A program made the translations under genes and the position numbers. Of a stretch of 64,000 bases of DNA, positions 17,901 through 28,751 are shown piece after piece. Under the pieces are notes generated by a model. It did no database searches and was not told the DNA's origin. It was given only the letters and a program-made list of their open reading frames with translations. The DNA is from Phoronis australis. Lineage: Eukaryota > Animalia > Phoronida. Each line of letters begins with the position of its first letter. Positions within the stretch are counted from its first letter, which is position 1. Where the stretch lies: the NCBI GenBank assembly GCA_002633005.1, contig NMRA01000252.1, forward strand, positions 341,646-405,645. Direction: 5' to 3'.

Positions 17901-20900
17901 TTTTCATGTGCGTCATGGTCATTTCTTTTTTGAATTGGAAGTGTTTTTATGCGGACATTTTTTTCAGAACTTCAACGAATAATCTCAGAAATAAAGAGAT
18001 ATTTCAGTCTTGGTTTCATCTCAGGAGGTTTCAGTTGGTATCGTAGTTTGTGTGTCATTGGTTATTACAGAAAGATTTCATTGAGTCGACTTCGCGAAAG
18101 AGTCAAAGATTAAAAAGAGAAAAGCGCTCCTTTTCACCGACCCCAACTAAAGATGGCACTTCAACTCGCAAAAAGAAGCGAAGGAAGGTGACATCTGTGG
18201 GTGGTGAAGTAGAGACTACTGTCACCGTCAGATCTTGTGATAAATTGCCTGATGGTATGTCTTACTTCTTTAGTCGTCTACCATAAATAATAATAAACAT
18301 TTCAGTCTGGTCTGTATGCCATCATTGCATGGAAATTGCTGCTAAATTTTGGTTTTAATTAATTTTACTCGACGTGTTGAAATCTTGATTTTCATCAAAC
18401 AGCAAATACAATGTCTGAGTTCTAGTTAAAAATAAATGGATATTTTGTCATAGTTTCGTGCACCAAAAAGTTGTCACATTTCGACTTTATTTTGAAAACT
18501 TTTGTTGTGATGTCTTGGATTAAATATGCTAAATTCAGCTGAAAGATGGCTATAAGATAAAATTGTTCAGATGTATTTCTTTGAACTGTTAAATCATCTT
18601 GTATTAACAGGCACTATGTTCTGCTGTGATCTTTGCAAGTCACCCTACGTCTGTAATCCTGGTCGCCGTGGTAACAGGTTTAAGGTGTCTAAACACAAGC
18701 CCCTGCCACGTCACAGATATGACCCCAACACTGGCAAGGTGTTGACTCTGTGCAACGCTTGTGGTAAGATGGATGACATTGCGTGGTGTTTGAACTTTCG
18801 TAACCATGGACTAATTGCCATTGTGATACTCCTCTGTGTGTATGTCTTGTGCTCAGCATGTTGAGCTGTAACAATATGCATAGTATAACCAGTCAGCGAT
18901 TGTAGTGAAATGGGCTCATACATGTGTATGACTAAGGCAAGCCACCCAGAACCAGCATGACATCTGATCAGTGATAAAACTGTTGTAATAGCATAATCCT
19001 GTGTCATGTCATGTGATATGAAGTATGGTCATGTGATATGAAGTGTGGTCACATGATATGAGGTATGGCCATGTGAAGAGAGATATAGTTCATACATACT
19101 GAGAGGTGTATTACTACTGCTGAAGATGGATGTTATGTGACTTCTTGAGACTTTCAGGTAGTGATGAAGGGACTGGTTAATAGTGCCATCTAGGCAGTGA
19201 TGAGGTGACTGGTTAATAGCGCCATCTAGGCAGTGATGAGGTGACTGGTTAATAGCGCCATCTAGGCAATTTCACTAATTTATTTTCCTTAATGCATCAC
19301 ACCTCATCACACTCCTTTTCATGAAGTCAATATTCCCCTACTGCAAAGAAGAATTAGTACCTCCAGATGGCGCTCACAATCACCAGTCCCGTGTGATTAG
19401 CCTCGAATTTTTACTGAAAGTCTCCCATTTCAGTATGTGACGAGTTTGGTCATACTGCATGTATACAGGAAATGAGGTCATGGACCTAATTATTTGAATT
19501 TGATTAGATATATGCGATGATTGTTGAAGTTTGATCACACCAGCTAGCGTTGTCTTGTATTGCTCTACTTCAGGGATAGCTTTTGAGCGTCCAACCAAGG
19601 TTAGTAAAGCTGTCTTGTATTGGTCTACTTCAGGGTTAGCCTTTGAGCGTCCAACCAAGGTCAGTAAAGCCAAGGCTCCCCTTACAGCTGCGGAGAAGGC
19701 CAAATATTTGGACGAGGCGAGGACTTTCGCACTCTCATTGGTAGAAGGCTTGAATGACCCTGATGGTAATTTGTTTTCAATGTGTGCTTTTAGCTTTGAG
19801 TGAATGTCCGACATGTGTTACCCATGCACCATGTATGATTGGGTGGCGCCGTGTAGTTTTGATGGTACCATGTAGTTTGGTTGGCACCATGTATGATTGG
19901 GTGGCACCGTGCAGTTTTGATGGTACCATGTAGTTTGGTTGGCACCATGTATGTTTGGGTGGCACCGCGCAGTTTTGATGGTACCGTGTAGTTTGGTTGG
20001 CAGCATGTATGATTGGGTGGCACCGTGCAGTTTTGATGGCTCCACGCAGTGTGGGTGGTACAGTGCAGTTTGGGTAGCACAGTGCAGTTTGGCTCTTCAG
20101 ATGCATTCACATTGATCCACTGAGTTACAATGCTACTGTAGTGTTGTATAAATTTATTGTCTAAACATTATGCAGGCTTATCAATAAGACCCTACATAAC
20201 CTGAAAGTTCAGTTTCTCATTTTCGGATGGATTCGACGTATTCTGTGCCACCTAGTGGCCATCTTTATTCCAACAGATGTCTACCTGCCAAGAAGAATAT
20301 GCCTGTCCTTGTTTTTGAGAATCCAAGCACTGTGGTGCCCCCTAGGGGTAATTTCGTTTTTTTGTGTCAGTTGCAGTATACCTCTAATACTGCAAAGGAT
20401 CGTTGAGAATTTTGGCAAATGTATTCACATGAACGTGACTACAGATGACAGCAACTTTCAGACAATTCCTACTTGTGCTATGCACCCTTCTAATGACAAT
20501 TTTATTTTTAATGTTTACTTCTGTAGCTTTTATCTGGCGGATTTCTAGAAATTTAAGAAACGAGTTTTTACATGACCTGCCATTGTAAATTCTAGTTTTG
20601 TTTTGTTTTTAGCAGTCTTAACTTGTTATTTCTGTAACTCTTGATGTCTGTCCTGACCTTTGACCCTTGGTTTTCAGCTGAGAGATTGTGCTGTGTGTAC
20701 ATTACCAGTAAGCCGTGTGCCTGTATGCAACAATATATAATTGGAGACAGTAAGTGTTATGTAATTACATTTCACATTCACCTTTTACTGTTTACCCCAA
20801 TGACTTCCTTTAAAGTTCAACCTATCACCCATCTTGTATTTTTGTTCCATTCTACTGAATCATGAAAAAGACATTTTCTGTTCCAAAACTTGGCGTGGTG

Positions 20901-23900
20901 TTTTTGTTTATCGTTTGCACAAATTGTACTAGTGATACATAATAAAATATATTTGGATGTCACAACCTAAAGTGTGTGCTCAATGAATTGCAACACAAAG
21001 ACTGCACCATGTCAGTATAGTACGTAACCTGGTCCTAGGTTTCAAATTGTTGGGAAGTCTCTTGGGCCAAGTTCGAGTAGGGCTCAAATTGCATTCCTGG
21101 CTAGCATGATTTTTTAGGTCCAAATCAGAAAAAACAGTTGGAAGTTCTCAACCCATTGGTTGTAATGTTGAGCTCTGATAATGCTGTGTTGTAAATTCAC
21201 AAACACCAACGTGATTACAAATCGAGCATGCGATTGGATTTAGTAAGCACCTTAGACCCCGATGGCCTTAGACTCCGATGGCCTTAGACCTCGATACCCT
21301 TAGACTCCGACGGCCTTAGACCCCGATGGCCTTAGACCCCGATGGCCTGCTCGGCTGTATCTATTCTCATTTCTTCAGGTAACTTGGAACAGTCACGTCA
21401 GCGTGCAAGTCAGCTATTGGCGCTACTGAAGGAAGCTAAGAGGTTGATCACTCAGAAGTCTTACGATGTGTTTGATGTGACGGCCAAAGGCAAGAGGTGA
21501 GAATAGTGACAGAGGCTATAGGGGACTGGGAGTGAATAAAACTGGATGTCTGTCTAGTGAGTAACTGGTCACACAGATGTCTTACGTGTTACTTTGCCCA
21601 CTGAAAGCAAGATGAGAATGGGTTGGTGTAGAGTTGAGTGAATGCAGGGCTAGGTGGGTGTGTGGGTGTAGGTGGGTGTGTGTGGCTAGGTGCATGTGTG
21701 GTGTTGAATTTCAAGATATGTTGAATGTGTCAGATGGAGGCAGAAAGTAAAGGAGAGCTTTTATGGGTGAGAAGGGTGGGTGAATGAGGGGCAAGGTGGG
21801 TGTGTTGATGTATTTGTAAGCTGCTGCTAATATGTAACTACACAGTTGAAATGATAACTAAATGTGTATGAGATACTGACATAATTATGCAGATTGTCTT
21901 GCTTAATTATTGAAGACAGTTTCACTTCTGACAAATGACAAGAGGGCACATTCTTTTAGAAATTAGTGTAAAATATGGATGGGAATTAGAACCTTACTTA
22001 AAACATGAGACCACAGTGTGTAGTCACATGACTGTCCATCATCCTGTATTGTCACATGATTCTTCAGTTCTGTGTAGTTACATGACTGTTTACCATTCTT
22101 CTCTCACTGCAGGCGAGCTCCTATTGGGCTAGGTAACGGTCACAAAAGATCTAAAGCTTATGAGGAGTTTGTGTTGAAGACGCGCAAATCTCTACGAGAG
22201 GAAGTGAAACTATGTGAGCAGGCGACGCAGAGAATTCTGCTCTACTCCAACAACTTTCTACATAAACGGTTGAAAACAGAGGATAGAGAGAGAAGAGTTC
22301 TGTCCAAGGGCAAGGCAGCACTTGGTCTTCTTACACCTGTCACTGAACTGCACAATGAGAAGTGCTGCACAGACAACTGTGTTAGGGTGGGTAGGGGTGA
22401 ATGGTGTGTTGGAGATAGTGCACTATTGTTGTGCTTGAGACTGGATTATTCTTGACAAGCATGACGTCGTGTTTCTTCTTGTGGTTATGTCCCCTTGTTA
22501 TGCACCCACATAGACATAATTTATGTAGGTGATTATTGCTATCATCTCTGTCTACTCTCTGTTCTTATCAGTCTGTTGACAGATTAAGATAACGATTGGA
22601 CGTGTCAGCCTACTGTTGTACTCAAACCTGTTGACATGTGACAAGTTAAGAAATATTTGAAAGATGAGCACCCCTTACATCTTTGCAGCTTGCTTTGAAC
22701 ATTGTAGCCACCATGTCAAGACTCTGTATTGCTCTTGTTGTGTTAAGACAAAACAGATTTTTTTGTGTTGAACCTCGCATTGTTGCTCATTACTTTGAAC
22801 ACCTATTTTAAAATCAGCCATCCCAAAAGTCCAATTAATCATGGTCCCCATTCATGAAACATTGGTTTAATTTTAAATTTGTCACCATGACTGTTCCTGC
22901 TGCAGCTCCTGTTTGACGTTGTGTTTTACCTTTTCTCACCAGATGTCACTCACTCACGGTCACCTGCTGCAACAGTGGCGAGAGCGTGCCAAGACAGGTC
23001 AACTGGAAGCAAGACTGGTCCTCGCTGAGATGTTGACACCATCAGGTTTGACTCTTAATTGTAGCTGTCAGAAAAGTAATTCATAAAAACAAGTAAAACC
23101 AGTGGAATACTTGTCTTTGCAACACCATAACATATGCATTTCCTTGTCTAGTATGTTGTACTGTTCATAACTTTGTGTAGTTTATCAAATTGTCTTATAT
23201 TAGTTTTGTCCTGAACGTCTTTGTTTAATCAGTAATCCAGAAGGGAGAAGTTTCAATACCAAATAGGTCAATCATTCATTTCTGTATTGAAGGGGCCGGG
23301 TGGTAAATGGTGAAATGACTTAGAATTTTGGAGATGCTTGTTAATCATGGGTGTGGTCATCACGTAGTTGGCCTTTTTATGTTCACTTGGAAGGTCAGTG
23401 GAACTTCTTCTTTGTGAACCTTGCTCACTAGTTATACATGAGCAGGTGTCTCTGTCAGACTCTACTTAAACACAACAAAAACTTTATGGTCCTGGTCGAG
23501 AAAATAATTGTTTTCACACCCAAAGACATGGCTCTTCCATGAGTCACATTTTATCCACCATTTTATTGCATCGATGTCATTGCTAATGAGACAATTGCTC
23601 TGCTGTACTCAAAGGAATGTTATATCAGAGTTCCTGATATCAGTTTTTGGTGCTTGCAGTCGTACCTGTCTTTATTGCCAAAGTGCTAGGTTCCATGAGA
23701 CATGCTGTGTCTCTAATGATTTGTTTCAGACTTGGGTTATGGATAAATGTGTGCAAATACTCTTTAAGACTTTGACTTGATTCTAAGTCTCTCGTGCTTT
23801 TGTTTTGGTTTCATACAACTGTTCCTTGAATTGCTGTGTGAGTGCATTGTTGTATATTTGTCCACCAGGTGGAGCACGGTGTAACTGTTACAAGTTCATT

Positions 23901-26443
23901 AACTGGGTCACAGGCTGCAGTCACAGCACCATAAGCCGGGTGAGTGAGCAGATGAAACGTACGGGCGGGGACAGGACGCCCCCCGAACATGGATTGAAAA
24001 AGTACTGGCAGGAACAGAAGGCCAAGAAGTCATCAGTGCATTCAGGTAAGGAATGGGTATGGATGAACAGTTGTTTGAAGATTAGAATTTCCCGTAACTA
24101 GGTTGAATTTGAATTGACAACATGGCCGCTTGCACACCTTTTGGACACTGTGTTGGAGTAGAATGAAATAAAATCTTGCTGCTAATGCTTTGTTTTCACT
24201 TCTCTCTACTCGCTGTCAAAGCAAGATGACGTGGCACAGATATTTGGTCCACCAAACCAGATGTCGGCTGTAGAATTGAAAATAGAATTGAATCTTGGAA
24301 AGAATGTGCTTGCAGTGAGACTGTGGAAAATGTAATACATTTTAGTAATCAATGTTTCTGCTTGACGCAGTGTTTTATTTCCTTTCAGTGGTGACGTCTG
24401 CAGTTGCTCCGCATATTGACTCATCAAGTTCAAACATGCAAATACAATTATCAACAGATACGCCCAATGTAAGTAGTTTTCAATGTATCTACGATAACTG
24501 ACACTGGTTAAACATGTCTGCTGGTAGTATACATTTTGTCCTCACAAAAGTGAGTCTTTGCTTAGAAACTTGTTACAGTTGACTCTTTCCATTCACTGGA
24601 AATAATAGTTTGTCCATGCAATAATGTTGTTCTCTTCTCAACGTCACCACTCAAAAACTAAATGATGAAAATTGTAATTTTGACGAGGCTAGTATGAGAA
24701 TGGTGTCTCAGACTGATTTTTGCCAACACTACTATGGCTCAGGGTCTTCACATCTAATGAACCCCCCCCCATATGACCTTAGTCCCTCTTCTTTACATTG
24801 TCTTATTTACTCCCTTGATGCCCCCACCTTTCCCCCTCTACATTATACTGACCAAGACTCAATTTGGTCAGCTACGGATTTTGTTTGATGACGTGATAAA
24901 ACTTCCAAGTTGCCATAAAGTGGCTACTCTCAGCATTTGAGCATGCACTCAGTATGCTCAATCTGTTACCCGGCATATGGGACACTTTTGATTCCACCAT
25001 CTGGCATTTATTGAGTTGACAAGTCGTTTACTTCTAGTGTCCTGGACTTTTGCCACACCCATTATGCGATTTTCTTATTTTGATGATCTTAATTCTAGTT
25101 CAAAGACTTCGGAACTTTGCCTACAATAAATGAACTTCCCCCAGCAGTACGCTGACTCTCTTTTTCAATCCTCACATAACCGTTCAATATGCAGACCATG
25201 TCTCTTTCACTCCTCAGGTGTCCTTACATTATCCTGACCACATCACATTCTCCCCTCAGGTGCCCCTATATTACACTGACTACATCTTGTTCTCCCCTTG
25301 GTGGTCCCTACATTACACTGACCATGTCTCGGTCACCCCTCAGGTGCCCCTTTATTACCCTGACCATGTCTCTGTCACCCCTCAGGTGCCCCTACATTAC
25401 CCTGACATGTCTCCTTCAGGTGCCCCTACATTACCCTTACTACAGATGTCATAGCCACCCCTCAGGTGCCCCTACATTACCCTGACCATGCCTCCCTCAG
25501 GTGCCCCTACATTACCCTGACACATGTCTCCTTCAGGTGCCCCTACAAGCCCAGCGTCAACAACTTCTCCAACTCCAACGTCAAATAACTCAACAACAAC
25601 TTCAGCTTCAACAACAGCAGCAGCTATTGCAGCAGTCTCTCCACCAGGTGGCGCAGTCAGACTCTGTGCAGGTAAGTGATGTGTGAAGTCATCATTGTAC
25701 AATAAGCTTAGTGCTGACTGTTGTAAGTGACACTAGATGGCATTAAACCTTGCTCTTGTGCTTACGGCTACAAACATCTGATGATATGTGTCGCCAGTGT
25801 TCTTCAATGTGGCAGAATTTGGAAAAATCTTTTTATATTAGTAATTTCATCACTATCAGATCTTGCATTAAAAGGTAATAACATTAGAAGTTGCGTGGTA
25901 CAGTTTTTCTTGAATGAAAACTGCTCTTGCTATTGGTCTCCTGTGCAATGTGACATCACATAAAGACTAGTCTTGCTATTGGTCTCCTATGCAATGTGAC
26001 ATCACTCTTATTTCTTCTAGCTGCCCAACACTTACACTATTGTACAACCAGCTCCCCCTACTGCCAGTAACCCAGAGGTGCGTGTACCACCACAGTTGGT
26101 GCCCGATTTCACGACTGCAACGGTGACCAATATGGTACCTGCTGCCATGTCCACAGGTGGCGCCACTGGAGTTGTACAAGAACAGGAAGTGGATCAGGTG
26201 TGGAACACTCAAACGATCAGCATCGGTAACATTAACTACACTGTGGTGATCCAGCCGACAGGGGAGACCACTCTACTGTCTGTCAACCCGAGTGCCAGCT
26301 CTCTGGACAGTCCAACATTGGAGACCCAGACGACAGGGGAGGAGTCAAATGATTCTGGGGTGGAGCAAACGCTGTCCAGTGACATGGTTCTGCTTTTGGG
26401 TCAACACGGGATCAGTCTAGTGGCAGATAAAGTTGGAGAATGA
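14933..26443 (+). CDS. Uncharacterised ~666-aa nuclear protein with atypical GATA-like Zn finger, Cys-rich helical modules and Q-rich C-terminus (13 exons)
   Basis: Exons 14933-15026, 16776-16831, 18071-18254, 18611-18763, 19634(or 19574)-19765, 20678-20749, 21379-21496, 22113-22386, 22943-23045, 23869-24045, 24389-24468, 25537-25671, 26021-26443. All GT-AG, phases concatenate into one 2001-nt open frame. Contains RKKKRRK (NLS-like), CDLC-x38-CNACGL and QQQLQLQQQQQLL. The exon 1 donor (gtggtt) is weak. Confidence 0.85.
15715..16340. repeat. Long diverged palindrome (old foldback/MITE) in intron 1 of the GATA-like gene
   Basis: Arms of ~300 bp: gaagctcctctagg/cctataggagcttc, tcacactgatt/aatcagtgtga, taggaggc/gcctccta, gttgcctaa/ttaggcaac. 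Confidence 0.75.
17474..17673. repeat. Minisatellite, 40 bp x5
   Basis: Unit tgtctattggagcttgt(c/g)attacatcactgaacactaact. Confidence 0.95.
19157..19268. repeat. Tandem repeat, 36 bp x3
   Basis: Unit aggcagtgatgaggtgactggttaatagcgccatct. Confidence 0.9.
19551..19670. repeat. 60-bp tandem duplication spanning a splice acceptor
   Basis: tgtcttgtattg.tctacttcag|gg.tagc.tttgagcgtccaaccaaggt.agtaaagc twice. Confidence 0.95.
19827..20092. repeat. Minisatellite, 58-bp higher-order unit of ~19-bp monomers
   Basis: caccatgtatgattgggtgg / caccgtgcagttttgatgg / taccatgtagtttggttgg repeated. Confidence 0.9.
21250..21348. repeat. Minisatellite, 16 bp x6
   Basis: Unit cttagaccccgatggc; ends ~30 bp before an acceptor. 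Confidence 0.95.
25194..25547. repeat. Minisatellite (~35-45 bp units) built from the exon-12 splice acceptor
   Basis: Unit ..cccctcag|gtgcccctacattaccctgaccatgtctc..; the last unit runs into the coding exon. Confidence 0.9.
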
Positions 26444-28575
26444 TTGACAGGTTGGAGGGTGGAGTAAAAATATTTTTACTTTAAGGGTGTTAGTAGGATG
26501 AATTGTGTCTCTCTGGTTTGCATGTCTGTGATTGGTCAGAGGAGTACGAGATATTGCTTTTGGATCTGAGGGTGATTGGTTCGTGTTACTGGGTACAACT
26601 TGTGTTTTTTACGTTGCATAGTGTCAAGTTTTGAACCAAAAAACATTTAAAAAATCTTACAGTTAATCAGTCATCTTGTGATGGACTTAAGTTCTTTTAG
26701 TGTGAATGATAAGGTCTAGAGTGAATTGTTTCTCTTCAAAGTTGGATAATTTAAAGCTGTGTTCCACTGTCATCAGCAGATACAGATAGGATGTGTTGTA
26801 CTTCAATTGAGCATGTGTTTATGGAACTTGGCAACATCTTACGAAACTCTAGAAGATGTCGCCGTGTGTTCTCAACAAGAGTACGGGATTTTGGCTACTG
26901 TAGATTTTCTGGCCGCGAGACAGTTATTGAACTTGAACCTGTGTATGCTACGTCTGTGAAATTGGATATATGTCTGTGGAAAAACATGTAGGCTTGCCTG
27001 CCGTCTTGTTTTGTGGCTTTTCCTTCACCCACTGTCTCCAATGCCTTCACCAGTCATCTCTACCGCACCCTGCCTGCACCCCACATCAGATTCCCTTACA
27101 AGGAAGCGCATCCACAAGACACCCGGGTCGGATTCAACTGGTTTTAAGAATGAGTTGAATTGTTATTAATTATTTTAGCTGAATCGAATCTCGACATTTT
27201 TGTTGTGAGAAACTATTGTTAAATTATTGTGTACCTTCTATTAGCATGGCCCTTACATTTGGTAGTATGTTTTGTTTTGAATAAAGCCATGCTGAGTTTT
27301 GTTGGCCATTGGTCATATTATCGGGCTTACCCTCAACTACGTCATAAATATTTGATCTGTTCTCTCTAGTATCCATAACAACAGGTCTTGTCAGTAATAA
27401 AAGTATAGTTCCCACTTTGATTTCACTCTTAACAACATGCCCAATGTTTTTTGGTTCTCATATCTTGACCTTATGACCTTCAGTTGGTCAACACATAGTT
27501 GTTGTTAAATTTGTTGTAGTCGATCAAGTCAATTTGACAAGTTATGGAATAAACAATTGTCAGGTGTTTTGTATCTTTATCTGTTCTTCAACACCATCCA
27601 TTTATACATTATCACTGACTCTATTGCTTAAGAAGAACACGATAGACTACAAACAAGCCATCGCCATCTAAACTTGCTACCAGTAGAGAGACGGTGATTT
27701 ACAGTCGTGGAGGCTATAATTTACTGGTACAAATGGTACCCTGTAACAAATATCATAAATGTTTCGTTTCATACCCAAAAGGAATATTCACTTAAAGAAA
27801 TGAGGGAACCGTGAGTAGTTCACCACGCGGCCGCGAGGACAGCAGCCATAAAGGGTGTTTTGGAGGACTTCACGTCATCGTATTACAGTAACACAACATT
27901 GTTGAATGCGCTGGTGACCTGTATTCTCGGGGACCTATCCTACAACCTGGCCGAGTGAATGTGCTGCTGATCTGGATACGCCCGGATCTGAGTTCGCATT
28001 TTGGCCGACTCTTGCTTGGCCTGGGAGGTGACCAGTGGCTAGGAGTCCAATGTAACAACTTGTAATGCTGCATCAAAATAATATTCCTGTAAACTACTTT
28101 GCCCCGCAGCATTCTGTCCGTGTGTAACCGGCTACACCTAGGGATGGCGCTGTCGTCATCATCGCTGTGCTCCGGCTACGTCTGAACCACAGACATCACA
28201 ATATCAAGATGTCTGGTCTGAACTATTTAGAAAATGGCAATGTACGTCCAGTCATTGGGTATTCGTGTAAAGCCGATACCGTGGATGGTAAGTGAATGAG
28301 TTGTGAACCCACAGATACCGATTGACATATGGAATCTTTTCATGACGTCATCGGTTGGCGCGACGTGATCTCTCTACACATTAAAACAGATTGTCGGACC
28401 GTTGATTCTGACGGTTCATTGCACGTGTCACATCCGTCGACGTTTCCGGCTACTTCAACATTCAGCTAACTAACTACTGCCAGATTGTCCACAAGCAACG
28501 ATTGCATCTTCAGATATTCGCAGCACTTCCTGTTTTTTTTTCTATTGCACAAAATGCGTACGTTGTTTAACCGTT

Positions 28576-28751
28576 TCATTCTCCGTCGAAGTACGAGGAT
28601 TGCATTGAATACAGTTTGTTGATAGGGTTCAAAATGTTCATATGCGCAGCGATTGGCTGAGACATTAGCAGATCATCGTAAGTGTCCAGAGTGTTCTCCA
28701 TGCCGTCCGATGGGGGCGTGTACATCGACTCACCTAAATGTCTGTTATAAC
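28576..28751 (-). CDS. LMX1: Lmx1 terminal coding exon
   Basis: ..[20 protein letters not shown], matching the conserved Lmx C-terminal motif; tttcag acceptor. Confidence 0.9.

Noticed and set aside
19777-20110. Repetitive ORFs in three minus-strand frames
   Set aside because: Translations of the 58-bp minisatellite.
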